Assembly: GCA_951406725.2 (NCBI GenBank)
Contig: OX597832.1
Span: forward strand, 38,750,001 to 38,814,000
Reading direction: 5' to 3'
Source: Octopus vulgaris
Lineage: Eukaryota
DNA: 64,000 nucleotides
The notes under the pieces are model-generated. The model saw only the letters and a list, made by a program, of their open reading frames with translations, ran no database searches and had not been told where the DNA came from. Each line of letters starts with the position of its first letter. The stretch's first letter is position 1. Both the position numbers and the translations under genes were made by a program. Positions 13,125 to 27,645 of this stretch are shown piece after piece.

Positions 13125-13830
13125 TTTATCTTTTACTTGTTTCAGTCATCAGACTGCGACCATGCTGGGGCACCGCCTTGAAGAATTTTAATCGAACTCA
13201 ATGACCCCAGTACTTCTTATATCTTTGTAATGCCTGGTACTCATTCTATCGGTATCTTTTGCGGGGGCCGCTAAGTTACAAGGATGCAAACACACCAACA
13301 CCGGTTGATGGTGGTTGGGGACAAACATACACACACACACATGCACATATATACATATTTATACACATACCACCGTGATCACCGTGACCGACCAGGCTAT
13401 CAGATGTTGTTACAGATCGCTGGTCACAATGCGCTTCGCATTGTTTTAGCCTTCAAGTGACGCCACCCCGCTGGCTAAGCGAGCAGGCCAACAGAAGAAA
13501 GAGTGAGAGAAAGTTGTGGTGAAAGAGTACAGCAGGGATCGCCACCACCCCCTGTCGGAGCCTCGTGGGGCTTTAGGTGTTTTCCCTCAACAAACACTCA
13601 CAACGCCCGTTCTGGGAATCGAAACCACGATCCTACAACCGCGAGTCCACTGCCCTAACCACTGGGCGATTGCGCTCCCATTTATATACATATGGACGGG
13701 TTTATTTCAGTTTCCACGTGTCAAATCCACTCAAAAGGCTTTGGTCAGCCTGAGGCCACAGTAGAAGATAGTTGCCCAAAGTGCGAGACACTGGGAAGCG
13801 AACCTCTTACCACACAGTCATACTTGCGCT
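13125..13830 (-). mobile_element. SINE family B, diverged, host of a nested SINE C
   Basis: ttttacttgtttcagtcatcagactgcgaccatgctggggcaccgcc tail; aaatccactcaaaaggctttggtc head region. Confidence 0.8.
13371..13680 (-). mobile_element. SINE family C, short-tail form, inserted in the SINE B microsatellite
   Basis: Reverse complement of 3371-3682. Confidence 0.9.
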
Positions 13831-14468
13831 TATAAGTTGAAGAAACTACTTTGGAGCTTCTTTTCTGTAAAGGCTTCCCTTAGCTAGATAATTTTTCTAA
13901 GCTTGTCTGTTACGTTTGTATTCGTGCAGCTGTTCACGAGAAAGGATAAATTAAACCCGTTTTTTATGGTCTTTCCTCAATACTGTATAACATCATAAAC
14001 AAACACAAACAATACACTTATCTATGTTAACGTGCATAAATATTATATATAAATAAGGTTTACAAACAATGAATATAGAATAGAAACCAAAACGCCCAAT
14101 GATAAATATTCCAGTTCCTTCCAGGAATCTCTGCTCAGAAATAACGAGAAAAAGGAAAGAGAGAGGGCTCGCTGGAAGGCTTACTGCTTTAGTAAAGGCG
14201 ATAGGAAGGCTTCGCAAAAGTAGGGTTTAGATTAGAATTTTAGAAATGTCCATCACGCTGCAAAAGAAATTGGATGTCTTCCAATATATTCTTCTTAAGT
14301 TAATCAGGAATATGGTATTCAGAATGAGAACCAATAAATATTCTGCATAACTAAACTCTGATACCAAACCTATAAATTCTTTAAGAAATACGTCCGTATT
14401 TGGTGACAAAGTAAAATGAAAATCTTTATATAAGGTAAGCAAACATAGACAACTTCTTACAATATAAC

Positions 14469-14540
14469 GCATCTATACATGTGATAGCTAGAATTATACG
14501 CCGTTTGGCGTATAATTCTAGCTATCACATGTATAGATGC
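14469..14540. repeat. Perfect 34-bp inverted repeat with 4-nt loop
   Basis: gcatctatacatgtgatagctagaattatacgcc-gttt-ggcgtataattctagctatcacatgtatagatgc. Confidence 0.98.
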
Positions 14541-14654
14541 ATGCAAACATGCTTGTGTTTGTTCGTAAGTGTGTGCACATGTAATATGTGTATATGTGTA
14601 TGTATGTATGTATGTATGTATGTATGTATGTATGTATGTATGTATGTATGTATG

Positions 14655-14685
<31 letters not shown>

Positions 14686-14689
14686 GTAA

Positions 14690-14845
14690 AGGCATATGGC
14701 CTAGTGGTTAGAGCAGCAGACTTGCGGTCGAGGGATCGCGGGTTCGAATCTCAGACCGGGCGATGTGTCTGTTTATGAGCGAAACACCTCAGGTCCACGC
14801 GGCTCTGGCAGAAGTTAATGGCGAACTTCTGCTGACTCTTTCGAC
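14690..14845 (+). mobile_element. SINE family C head fragment
   Basis: tggcctagtggttagagcagc...gggttcgaatctcagaccgggcgatgtg, also at 34165-34345. Confidence 0.8.
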
Positions 14846-14903
14846 GTTTATATATTTGTTTTGCAAGATTCTTGATGTGAAATCGCGTGTTGACACAGTT
14901 GTT

Positions 14904-15139
14904 GTTGTATTTAGGAATGGTCATTTTGCCAGTTTAGCCAATAGTAAGGAAAGACACACAAACAAGAAAGAAGAAAGCAAAAGACCACTGATGAGGTCAC
15001 AGAAGTGTGACAAAAGAACTCTGACCGAAATAAGATTAAGCTTAAGGTAAAAATAAATAAAGCTGAAGCAAATTAACGCCAAATATATAGTACGTGTGTT
15101 TTTATTGGCTAAACTGGCAACATGACCATTGCTAAATAC

Positions 15140-15142
<3 letters not shown>
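14904..15142. repeat. 40-bp inverted repeat enclosing a degenerate hammerhead core
   Basis: 14904-14943 versus 15103-15142, two mismatches. Interior has CTGATGA-GGTCA...TGACC-GAAA (14988-15030). Confidence 0.85.
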
Positions 15143-15211
<69 letters not shown>

Positions 15212-15229
15212 CGCACACACATACATACG

Positions 15230-16330
15230 TACGATGGTCGGTTGAAATATTCATAGGCTGATCAAGATACTCTCATGGAATGTGACCAAATGAGGTTTAG
15301 TTTTCAACATAGCCCCACTTAATGGACCGTGCACCTCTTCCACCGGTGCTGCAGTGCTCGAATCCAATTGGTGAAGAAGATTTCATCCTGTTGGTAAAAA
15401 ATACAATAGTAGATATGACGACATCGTCTTTGCGATACTGGTTCCCAGCCAAGGGTTCTTCATGTTGGAGAACAAATGACAGTCAGATGGGGCCAAATCA
15501 GAAGGAAACGAAAGATGATCAACCAGTTCAATGCCACACTCACGCACAACAGCCATTAAAAGCAGGGACTTTTGTGCTGGAGCATTGTCCTGATGAAACA
15601 AGACCCCATTCGTCAGTTTTCTTGGGCGTCTGGTCTTGACATCCTTTCATAACTACCTCAATAAGTAGGCATCACACTCTTTATCGGTGATGTGGCCCTT
15701 TTAAAGATAATCAATAACCACAAAAATCTGAGCTATCGCCTTTCCTGCAAATGAAACAACCTTGGCCTTGTTTGGAGCAGGTGAGGAAAGGTGCTTCCAT
15801 TGTATGGTTCGTCACTTTGTCTCTGGCTCAAAGTGATGAAGCCAACACTCATCCTGGATTAGGAAACGTTCAAGGAAACAAACTGGATCTGCTTCAAACA
15901 ATGCCAGATTTCCCTGCGATGTGATCATCTTGATGCACTTCTGATTAGATGACAGAAAACGTTGCATTCGTTGAGAAGCAGCCTTCGTTATGCCAAGTTC
16001 ATTATGCAGAATATTCTCAACTCTCCCATGGGATATGCTAATAGCACTATCTATTTGATTTATAATTTATCGCCAGTCATCCATCACGATCAATGTTTTC
16101 CTCGGTGCTAGTAGTTGCAGGACTTTCAGACCTTGTGTTATCTTCAAGACTCACCCTTCTCCTCTTAAATTTAGCAACCCACTTTTTCACCGTTGGTAAA
16201 GCTTGAGCGTCATCTCCTTATGTACCAATCATATCTGCATGAATGTCGTTGGGGACTAAACCCTTTTTCTTCTGGTACTTGATAACAACACGATGCCAAA
16301 TTTTGTCGAGTAACTTGGAGTCTATGAAAA
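15230..16330 (-). mobile_element. Decayed mariner transposon
   Basis: Minus-strand FLIQDECWLHHFEPETK, HQDNAPA and PSDLAPSDCHLF motifs, with stops. TIR-like tacgatggtcggttgaaatattcataggctga at 15230. Confidence 0.92.
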
Positions 16331-17534
16331 GAAAGTTTTATATTACTCAAACCGTATGCAACAAGGGCTAACTACAAGTCGAAAACCAAACATGGTCGTT
16401 TAGTATAAACTAACGAAAATTCTTTAGACCAAAAAAAGGGAAATAAAATCCTCAGAAGGAGGATATGTCTGTCTACTAATTGCATGGATAATCTCATTTA
16501 TTTGAAACTTTTTCAGATTCCAACATTACTGCTTCTGTTTAGTATGCAGAACACACCAGTTCGATATTTCTTTCAGCCATCTTGGTAAGATTTTATTGGT
16601 TTCTTCTTGTCACTGCTGTTGTTGTTGTTTCTGATGATTGTGGTGATGTTGTTGTTACTGTTGTTGTCGCGCGACATAATATTTGTTTTCTCCTTTCCAG
16701 TCTAGAAGTCAATTATTGAAGATTGTTCGACTAAATATTGATATTTGCCTCAATATTACACCTCAATATTACTTTCTCTTTCGTAATATAGAGTGAAAGC
16801 GAGCTGGTAAATAGTTTGATATTCACCGAGATATTTGCCCGGTAATATTTCAATATTTACCAAGTCAAATGAATTACAAATGTATGTAATCTTTCCATAT
16901 GAACAGTAATTGCATTAATTAAGAAAATAACAAAAACACACACACGTACACGCATACACACGTACGCGCAAAAATTCTTACAGTCGGCAAGGGAGATATA
17001 TACCTATTGTTTACCAAAATGATAAGTATAATCTAACAATGGAATCCGATTGAAATGGAAGCCTGAACACATAAGACATGGAAGACATCTGCAAAAAGTA
17101 GGACCATATATGAAGTAGATAAGGGACTGTCACAGAAGCACAACTTTCGGTAATATTGAATTTCTTGGTTTTATGAATCAAAAGTTTTGTCACGTGTTTG
17201 CGTTATCTGTCTTTGTGTGTAGAAATATTTCTGGTTAACAAGTTCGTTTTGTAATCACGAGGTCACACGGTTGATGCTATATTATGACACGTTAAGCAAG
17301 TATCTTTTACCATTCTGTCACTGCCTTGTGACGACCTTGTGACGACTGAGTTCAAAGGTCGCCGAGGTCGACATTAACTTTCAACCTTTCGGGGGTCGAT
17401 AAAATAAATTACCATTGTATACTGGGGGGTCGATGTAATCGACTAGACCCCCTTCCTTCAAATTTCAGCCCTGTGCTTATAGCAGAAAGCTTTATTATTA
17501 CTGGTGTTACAATCGTCTTGTTAGGGTAAAGGTG

Positions 17535-17866
17535 AAGACTTCCTTCAGTCATGAATGACCATGGGACTGCACTGAGAAAGTTACCCTCCGAGGCACAAGT
17601 CCGGGCAAGGTTGTTTGTGAAAGACCAGCAATCGCCCATGGATACCAACCCCTCCTCTCCACGCCTCTAATGTTATTCAAGGGAAAGGCAAAGACTGATA
17701 CATATTGACTCCAGTAACATCACAACTCATTTCTACAGCTGAGTGAACTGGAGCAACGCGAAATAATGTCTTGCTCAGGAACACAACACACAGCTCGGTC
17801 CGGGAATCAAACTCACTACCTCATGATTGTGAGCTCGACGCTCTAATTACTGAGCTATGCGCCTTC
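17535..17866 (-). mobile_element. tRNA-derived SINE family D
   Basis: Reverse complement of 50424-50727 (tcactcagctgtagaaatg...tttgcctttcccttg...ttgcccggacttgtg). Confidence 0.85.
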
Positions 17867-18439
17867 ATCACTGTTGTTGTTGTTATTTTTACTGTTTAGT
17901 CAGGGATAGAGAAACACACCGTTCACGATCTTTTTGTTTTCAAGGCGTTCGTGACTGATGAGAAACAATTAACCTCAAGTCAGAAAACTGGTTCGAATAC
18001 ATGTTTCACGATGAAGTCCGCTACATTCACCCAAGGATCAGGTGCTGCCGTTAAATCAGACAGCAGATTAGGCCTCCAAATCTTGCACTCAGAATGCAAA
18101 GAGCCGCAATAAATAGTACGAGGTACGTCGATCGACACTCTAAGCCGTCCATCAGTTTACGGCCTCGGACTACAGGATTAAAGATAAAGTGGACGCGGCG
18201 GGATGTGAACTCACAACCCCCTGAATATGTTCTTTAGTCCTGCGTTCTAACGATTAGCCTGTTATTGATGTTGTTGCTGTTGAGGTTGCCGTTGCCGTGT
18301 TGTAGTTGCTTTGGGTTCAGTTCCGCTGTACGTCACACTGGGCAAGGGTGCTCTACTATAGCGCGCTGGACAGAGCAATGCCTTGGAAGTGAACTTGGTC
18401 GACGGAAACTGGGTAGAAGTGGTTGAGCAGCTGCCCAGT

Positions 18440-18765
18440 CGTAATGGTGTAAAAGCTGTGTCAGGCAGCTTCTACCTGGTCAAAACCAGTGCTGGGCGTC
18501 AGTCAGCAAGTCGTTCTCTTCCAGGAACACAATTAGTTTCCTGTAGACAATTCAGTCCATGACTATACTCATGTGTGAGGTCAGAGAGATAGTCCTATAA
18601 TTTTCAGCATCGCTCTGCTTCCTCCTTCGGGGATAGGACATGTTATTTCCTCCTTCAATTTACCCGAGAGCTTACCACTTGCTAGGGAAGTTCTGAAAAA
18701 GAAGCTGCAGTGGTTTTACAAGGGCTCGTTTGCATGATTTGAGAAGGATTGTTGAGAATCTATCA
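18440..18765 (-). mobile_element. CR1-like LINE reverse transcriptase N-terminal fragment
   Basis: LLKSCKRALVKPLQLLFQNF...PIPKGGSR, then a decayed NYRPISLT region. Confidence 0.7.
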
Positions 18766-18821
18766 TATGTCTGTATATATACATGTGTGTGTGTGTGTAT
18801 ATATATATATGTGTGTATATA

Positions 18822-19358
18822 TGGTGGCTGCCCCCTCGTTATTGAGTATGGCCATTGCACGAAGCTTAATCAATGTTGTTATCGTGCAATGCCTGTGCAA
18901 GAAGATATTTTTTAAGTGAGGAAAGGCTGTGCACTGAGTTAATCCCACTCACTAAACAACAGCAGCCATGATCCGAAAAGAAGAACAAGTCAACATCATC
19001 GGTAACCACTGAGCCGCAGGTTGTATGTCGGAGTTATCCCAGTTACCTGAGTTGCCTTCTCCTAGACGGATGCCCTGACACTCCCAATGGTTTAACTGCG
19101 CGATCGGGTATTCAATCCGATTATTTCTATGTCTCCGTGCATGATACAGCTTTAAGATATTTATTGGATGGCCGTTGACTCTCAAGAGTTCCTCCGCCCT
19201 TTGACGGGTTTTGTTTTTCATCCCGCAGGGTGACCAATAAACACCCTCCTCACCAAGCGAGGTTGGTGGGGTTGCCGGTTTAGTCGCCGATGACCCGACC
19301 ATGCAACAGGTAGTACTGGGTTACATGTTACCAGTAGCACTCGAAAGTGACCTGACAT
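18822..19358 (-). mobile_element. RTE-type 5' UTR-derived repeat
   Basis: gggcatccgtctaggagaaggcaactc and cagcctttcc motifs recalled from RTE 5' UTRs; second partial copy at 34350-34540. Confidence 0.55.
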
Positions 19359-19387
19359 AAATGTGTACATATATATACATAAATGTG

Positions 19388-19465
<78 letters not shown>

Positions 19466-19483
19466 CATACATACATACATACA

Positions 19484-19517
<34 letters not shown>

Positions 19518-19558
19518 CTACACACACATATTGATATGTATGTATGTATGTATGTACA

Positions 19559-19618
<60 letters not shown>

Positions 19619-20096
19619 ACCTATAGTTTAAAGCTTACTGTGAAAGAATTACCATACATCGCTTGCAGTAGGTTTTCCACTTAATAATTTAGTGCATCAG
19701 CTTTACGGTATGGAACGGAGAGCACAATATGGGATTTGATGTGGGAGTTACAAGACTTAACAGTATAGTGATTAAACCTTTACAGAGTAGCTGTCTATAG
19801 GCTATTTATTCACTCAGTTAGGCAATAGAGAACTACACCGTGCAATGTCCCCTTCGAGCTGATGGAACACCTCCAGCAGAATCGAACTGAAATAGTACGT
19901 CTGAGATGAATAGCATGGCCACTCGACCGTTTCAACTCATATATAGATTAAAGATAGTAATGCAGAGGTAGGAGCAGTAATAGTAGTTGGAGGAGAAGGA
20001 GGAGGAGGTGGAGTGGTAGGGGTGGTGGATAATAAAGAGTAGGAGGAGAAGAACCACCGACAGAATGTAGTAAGTGCGAAATATACGGAACCAGTC

Positions 20097-20205
20097 GTAC
20101 ATACATACATACATACACACATACATACATACATACATACATACATACATACATACATACATACACACATACATACATACATACATACATACATACATAC
20201 ATACA

Positions 20206-20241
<36 letters not shown>

Positions 20242-20425
20242 CATACATACATACACACATACATACACACATACATACATACATACACACATACATACAC
20301 ACATACATACACACATACATACATACATACATACATACACACATACATACATACATACATACATACATACATACATACATACATACATACATACATACAT
20401 ACATACATACATACATACATACATA
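20097..20425. repeat. (CATA)n microsatellite
   Basis: Directly visible. Confidence 0.98.
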
Positions 20426-21052
20426 AATATATACATACATATATATATTTAAAATTACCATTCCTGAATTAGTTATTTATACATTCAAAATCAAAGATTC
20501 TTCCCCTGTTTCAATAACACATTGACGTGTCCCATCATGTTTTTATGGTGATGATGATGATGGTGATGAGAAAGATGAGGAGGGGGAAAGGATGAAGGAG
20601 AGGAGGGTAAATATAGTAGTAATCATATTGATGATGATGATGAGAATAATGATGATGATGATGACGCCTACGACAGTGATAATGATGATGATGATGATGA
20701 TGACGACAATGACAATGAGGTGGAGGAGGAAGAAGAGGAAGAAGTGAAGGACAGGTAGGAGGCGGAAGAGAAGAACCGGGTGGAGGTGAACGGGGAGGAG
20801 GAAGAAAAAGAGGGTGAAGGGTAGGAGGGAGAAGATGGTAGTAAACATTGATGATGCAAGCCTTGATGTTGATGATAATGAGGATGCTGCTGCTGCTGGT
20901 GATGATGATTACGACGATGATGATGATGATGATGATGGTATCGTCACCTTTTGTTATTTACATTTAGAATTTGCTCACGTCATTACAACGAACAACAATA
21001 TCAGAGAGAATCCTTTCATCCCAAACACATCAGAGTCCAGTTTATTTATGTG

Positions 21053-21126
<74 letters not shown>

Positions 21127-21310
21127 TTGTGTGTTTGTATACGCCCACACATGCGCACACACAGTGTACGTACACGTACGTATATCCTTCAGTGATTCCT
21201 TTTGAAATATTGAAAGGCTCAAAGCCTTCAGCTACACATATAGATGTGTTTAATTTTGTTCACCACCACCACCATCACCACCACCACCACTACTACTACT
21301 ACTACTACTG

Positions 21311-21379
<69 letters not shown>

Positions 21380-21540
21380 GACACAGTTTCTGTATTAGTA
21401 GACTGATCAGTGTTTCTGTTTAATCGAATTCATATCAATATGTCGTCTATTTTAGTTAGCGGAATTGATTGGCTTTTATTGATTCGATATAGGTGAGTGC
21501 ACATTTTATGTACGTGTTTACACATATAAATACATGTATG

Positions 21541-21615
<75 letters not shown>

Positions 21616-22169
21616 ATGCATCAATGTATGTTTGTATGCATGTATTTTCCATTTTTAATTATTTGAAATCTTCCCGTGAGGAAGGACCAGTTTTCTAGCA
21701 GATACGAAACTCCGTCGTTGGAAAGTAGATAACAGAGACAAGTTTAAAATGAGAACATTTTGAACATGAGAAAAGTCTTGCAGGTTTTCATTGTTTCGCC
21801 TACTGATTGTATAAACTGATTGATTTCGTTGTCTAAAAACCCCAGCGTTCCAGGCATTTACTCACAAAACGAAATGCATTTATTGGTATAAATGGGAATT
21901 TATAATCTACGTATAGAAGCTGGTGTTTTCGAAGCATCGCTTCATATACATATTACTAAGATGTTGGCAATGTGCAGGTGAAAATCTGGATGGATTCTGA
22001 AAACTTTCGGAACACTGGACCAGAAAATTATGCTTGTTGTTATGGAGGATATTTCTTCTCAGCCGGCTGGATTACCGCTCACAACTGTGGCCAGTCACAT
22101 TGTCAATTTAATGACGGAAGTCGTAGCAGTTCATTGGTGCTACAGACGGCATCAGTGAAACTCTTCTTC

Positions 22170-22640
22170 TATTGGAAGAAACTAAAAGCATTACGATTCT
22201 ACTCTCTGGAGAGAAGACAGTAGAGATATGCAGGTGATATACACATGGCAGATCCTACAGGAGCTAGCACCAAACTGTATCAACGAGAATTATACCAGCC
22301 TCCGAACAGGACACCTCTGCGTTGTTCCAAAGACCCTTCCCATACCGTCCAGTATAAGATTCAGGTACTGCTATATCTTGTGATTCAAAGGCCCACAGCC
22401 ATTTGAGATCTGAAAGGTTTAGATGGATGGGGATAGATGTTCTCAAGGAGGACATTGACTTTCTGTTATCCAAGATCCCAGATGAACCTATATCACGTTA
22501 AGAAACTCAGTAGGGAAGCAATATCAAATTCCCTTATTCATCGAAAGCCAATCACATAGGAATGGCCATTGGGAAAAGGTGATGCTATTGGTGGTGCCCC
22601 AGCATAACTGCAACCGTTAGGCCAATAGGCACAAGAAACA
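22170..22640 (+). mobile_element. CR1-like LINE 3' end
   Basis: LKALRFYSLERR..RY..IYTWQIL...FKGPQ...LSKIPDEP; tail ggtggtgccccagcat. Confidence 0.8.
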
Positions 22641-22704
<64 letters not shown>

Positions 22705-22810
22705 AATTATTTGCATTGTCTCATGTAATAAAGAATATGTATCTTTTGTTTCAATAACTTTGTAAAAGAATATGGATTTTATTACCAATTTTTAATGCCT
22801 ACTGTGTGCC

Positions 22811-23076
<266 letters not shown>

Positions 23077-23508
23077 TACTCCATCTGGTGAGAGATAAAT
23101 ATTATTCAATAAACACAATATATGTCTTTATGTGCTACTATGAGTTTCATATGCTGAGATGACAGACATGTTACAAAACAATGTTTGGCTTCTTCTCAGC
23201 GCATCAAACTAATAGTAGCGCATATTGTATTTATTAAATAATGTGTGTGTGTGTGTGTGAGTGTGTGTGTGTGTGTACATATGTATGTACGCATATGTAT
23301 AGGCGACAGGCTTCCACAAATTTTCCGTCTATAGAATTGATTCATAAGACATTGGTCGACCCCGGACCAAAATAGAAGACACTTACTCACAGGGACTGTC
23401 GTGACCTCGGCCACTTACACAACTCTGAAACCGTGTACCTGGCCTTTTGACTACCAGAGCTCCAGATAAAGAATAAAACTATACACACACATACAGACAC
23501 AGACACAG

Positions 23509-23545
<37 letters not shown>

Positions 23546-23610
23546 CATATATACATCTGTGTATATACATATATGTATACATATATAAACGTATATACAT
23601 GTATATATAT

Positions 23611-23743
<133 letters not shown>

Positions 23744-23836
23744 GTGTGTGTGTGTGTTGTATATAGTATTTATTCACAATCAGAGAATCAACATATGAAC
23801 AGTTCAGTAAAAGACTAATATATATTTCAAACATAG

Positions 23837-23875
<39 letters not shown>

Positions 23876-24879
23876 TTATATATATATATATTTTTTTTTT
23901 GTTGACGATATTTGTCCTGGCAGACTGTGAACCGTTTCCACATGCTGCCTCAATATCAAACCGAGGTCAACTATGATAATATCAATAATTGTCAACAAAT
24001 TTACGCAGACCAAAATTACAAAACGAACAGCAAAGAGCAATAACACATATTAAAAAAAAGAATCTATTGAATAAAAGACTCGAAATATTTTTTTGTTTTG
24101 AAAATCAATAACACGAACTAGTATCTAGATAACAGATATACTTTTGTTCCACGTTTTGTACCAAACGTTCTTAATATATTTTGATTGACATGTAGTAAGA
24201 TAAAAAAAAAATTAATCTATTTGAATTTGAACTGATATCAGCTTGATAGCTTGATTTCTGTTATTGGCTTGTTTACGTATTTATGTTCGTTCACCGCCGT
24301 CGTCGCCATGGACGACGCTCGCCGTCGTCGCCATGGTTAAGAAGAAACTCACTCTGCAACCACGTGACTTTGCGTTTAGTGTTCTACCAAGTGGCATATT
24401 GTGCAAGTGACTTCTAATCTAGTTCCAGACTGGCCGATGCCTAGCTTGTGAATTTGTGAATTTGGTGGGGCGGAAAATGTGTTGACGCGCTCACACACAC
24501 ACACGCACGCACACAGACACTCACACAGAAATCAAGAAGTCAGTCAGGAATAGGTGGAATGTTCCAATTCTTCAAAATATATTTATACATATGCTAGCAA
24601 CCATTGGGATGGAGAGTCACTGAAGAATTCCGGACAAAGGGCATAAAATAACAGCAATAATGAAATAAATCTCAAGTGGAGGACGAGTTTATAGTGAATG
24701 TATTTATCTGACAAAAAAAAAAAAAAAAAAAAAAATTACCATCCAGAAATATAACAATATCAACGTAGGCAATATGAATAAACTTATCAATTTGGCTGCA
24801 CTATAGTAATAAATTGATTACTCTATGTATGTATTCGCATTTTCCATTTTCTTTGAACTTTTAAACTATATATATATAC

Positions 24880-25045
24880 AGGAGTGGCTGTGTGGTAAGT
24901 AGCTTGCTTACCAACCACATGGTTCCGGGTTCAGTCCCACTATGTGGCACCTTGGGCAAGTGTCTTCTGCTATAGCCCCGGGCCGACCAATGCCTTGTGA
25001 GTGGATTTGGTAGACGGAAACTGAAAGAAGCCCGTCGTATATATG

Positions 25046-25078
<33 letters not shown>

Positions 25079-25296
25079 TTGTGTGTCTTTGTTTGTCCTC
25101 CCAAAATCGCTTGACAACTGATGATGGTGTGTTTACGTCCCCGTAACTTAGCGGTTCGGCAAAAAATACCGATACAATAAGTACTAGGTTTACAAAGAAT
25201 AAGTCCTAGGGGTCGGTTTCCTCGACTAAATGCGGTGCTCCAGCATGGCCGCAGTCAGATGACTGAAACAAGTAAAAGAGTAAAAGAGTAAAAGAG

Positions 25297-25297
<1 letters not shown>
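24880..25297 (+). mobile_element. SINE family B, full length
   Basis: ggagtggctgtgtggtaag...gggttcagtccc head; accttgggcaagtgtctt CORE-like block; internal (TA)(TG); tail gcggtgctccagcatggccgcagtc...(gtaaaaga)n. Confidence 0.92.
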
Positions 25298-25336
<39 letters not shown>

Positions 25337-26499
25337 TGAAGTTCACGGTGATGTAAAACTAGAGCGCTGACAAATTCTCAGCTTTAGTGTGAATAAAATA
25401 CACGCATCCTTTACATGTATTGAGTACTCCATTTTCATTTGTTTGACACTGAGCATTGTACGTATGTATGCAGGTGTATGATGTATGTATCTCTGTGTCT
25501 GTGTTTGTCCATCTACCTACTGCTTAACAACCAGCGTTAGGTTTTTAAGAGATTGTAACTTAGTGATTCGGCAAAGGTGACTGACAGATTAGGTGCCCTG
25601 GGTTGATTTGTCCGACTAAAACCCTCCAAGACAGTGCCCCGTTAAGGATACAGTTCAATGATTGAGGTAAGAGAAAGATAAATAATTTCACAACTGCATC
25701 ATTTGAAGATTTGAGCTCACCATATAATCTTCCCTTTATTAATAGAATTTATATGAATTCATTTAAATAAAGATTATGTAAAATGTATAATACAAGATAT
25801 ATTTATTTAAAACGGAAAAATATTCTTTTCAACATATAATTCAAGAAAGCATTTATTCCGGTAACCAAGTCAATGTAATCATATTTATTAAAATATTTAT
25901 CTCTCAGTCAGTAAATTGGAAGAGAAAGTTTCTCTATAACTATTCCTAGAGCAATTTTACTAAGTTTGGTATTTCATATAATAAATAAGATAACATTTTG
26001 ATAGTTTTATTGTAGCCAAGCTGGTGTAGTAATTCTTCAGAGATAGTCGAAATAGAAGTAATCTTTTTATCAATTTCTCACAATACCTTCCAGTATAACT
26101 ATCATAAGTTGTATTTGAAGCAATTTAAATCCAATCATAAAGTTATATATCATGAGCATTATACGCAATCTCTCCCGCTTTTCTTTTCACTTTCATTGTA
26201 AACATTTATACACATTCGTAGGAGATATTGACAGTAAACAAAAGAAGTACTCAATACATGATATAAAATTCATATTCAGTAGAAAGCATTTGATTATTCG
26301 GATCGATGCTAGTCCCAATTGTACGAGACAAGTGTGAGATGAAGTTTAATAGAAAGAAAAGATGCTGTGATGAGAAACGAATCAAGCGCAATCAAGCGTA
26401 TCGATTAAGCTCAGTGGAAGCTGGTTTTGCCACTTTACAAGCAATATTGACATGATTGGTTTTAGCTGCAGCGGTTTAGAAGAAAACACACTCTCTGCG

Positions 26500-27350
26500 T
26501 TTGCAATCTCAAAAGAGATAGAGCTGCAGAAAAAAGCCGTAAAATGTGACAACCAATGCAGACTTTGTGGAGTTCACGCTGAAGATATCACCCACATCAT
26601 AAGCAGTCGTCCGAAAATGTCATCACGGTGATATCTACCGATGAGACATGATGTTTTTGCTAGGATACTCAATAATGAAATCTGTCGGAAGGATAATTCC
26701 GAGGACAAAGAAATAAGAACCCACCCTATGGTAGGAGCCATAGCCACTCATAATCAAAAGGAATACAGGTGGAATGTACCAGTGAAGGTTTCAATAAAAT
26801 GCAAGCAAACCAGACCACATATAATGATTTGGGGTAGAGAAGAGATGTGGAAATTAGCTGCCCAGCGGATGTTAACATAAAGCTGAAGATCAGTGAAAAC
26901 GAGAACTATTGAGAAATCTGCAGTTACTCTATCCAGATAACAAGTTCAGGTTTATACCTGTAATTATTAGGGCCCAGGGATATGTAACACACTGCCTAAA
27001 TACCAATCTTAAGAAATTAAGTTTCTCAAAACCAGAAAGGAGAAAGCTAATTCGAAGACTACAGATCCAATCCATCGCTGGAAATGCAAAAATCTGTAAA
27101 ACTTTCCAGACGTTTATCATTTAAATATATACGAGCATGTCTAGATATGCAACTATATGCATGAGTATATATACATAAAACATACAGTTCCGCATATACA
27201 TACATACATACATACATACATACATACATACATACATACATACATACAACCCTGTTGTTGATGCTGAAATTCCTCTGAAGAGGCATTGGATCGAGGTTAG
27301 AAACCGGTCCTTTCTCTATTGGTAAGAAATCTTGAAATAAACTATGAATA
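26500..27350 (+). mobile_element. RLE-type LINE 3' region (zinc knuckle plus endonuclease), decayed
   Basis: CRLCGVHAEDITHIISS...RHD, RPHIMIW, FIPVII, LQIQSI motifs. Confidence 0.88.
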
Positions 27351-27352
27351 AT

Positions 27353-27413
<61 letters not shown>

Positions 27414-27645
27414 ATATATTATGTATGTATGTATGTATGTATGTATGTATGTATGTATGTATGTATGTATGTATGTATGTATGTATGTATATATAATGCT
27501 GTATTGCGTGTTCGTTTCTTTTATATATCTGTGATTTTATTTTTGATCTTCTATGTAAAGGAAGATATTTCCTTCGTTTTGCTGCTTTTCTTTCTACAAA
27601 ATGAGAAGATACATTGCGGGAATGTTATTTTAACGAGTTGTATAG

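Noticed and set aside
19859-19914. CTGATGG...GAAATAGTACGTC hammerhead-like string
   Set aside because: A9 position is ambiguous, stem II is unconvincing, and the stem I partner is displaced by about 40 nt; at best a decayed copy.
27274-27312. CTGAAGA...GAAACCGGTC in the RLE LINE 3' UTR
   Set aside because: Core and palindrome are present but no stem I forms.
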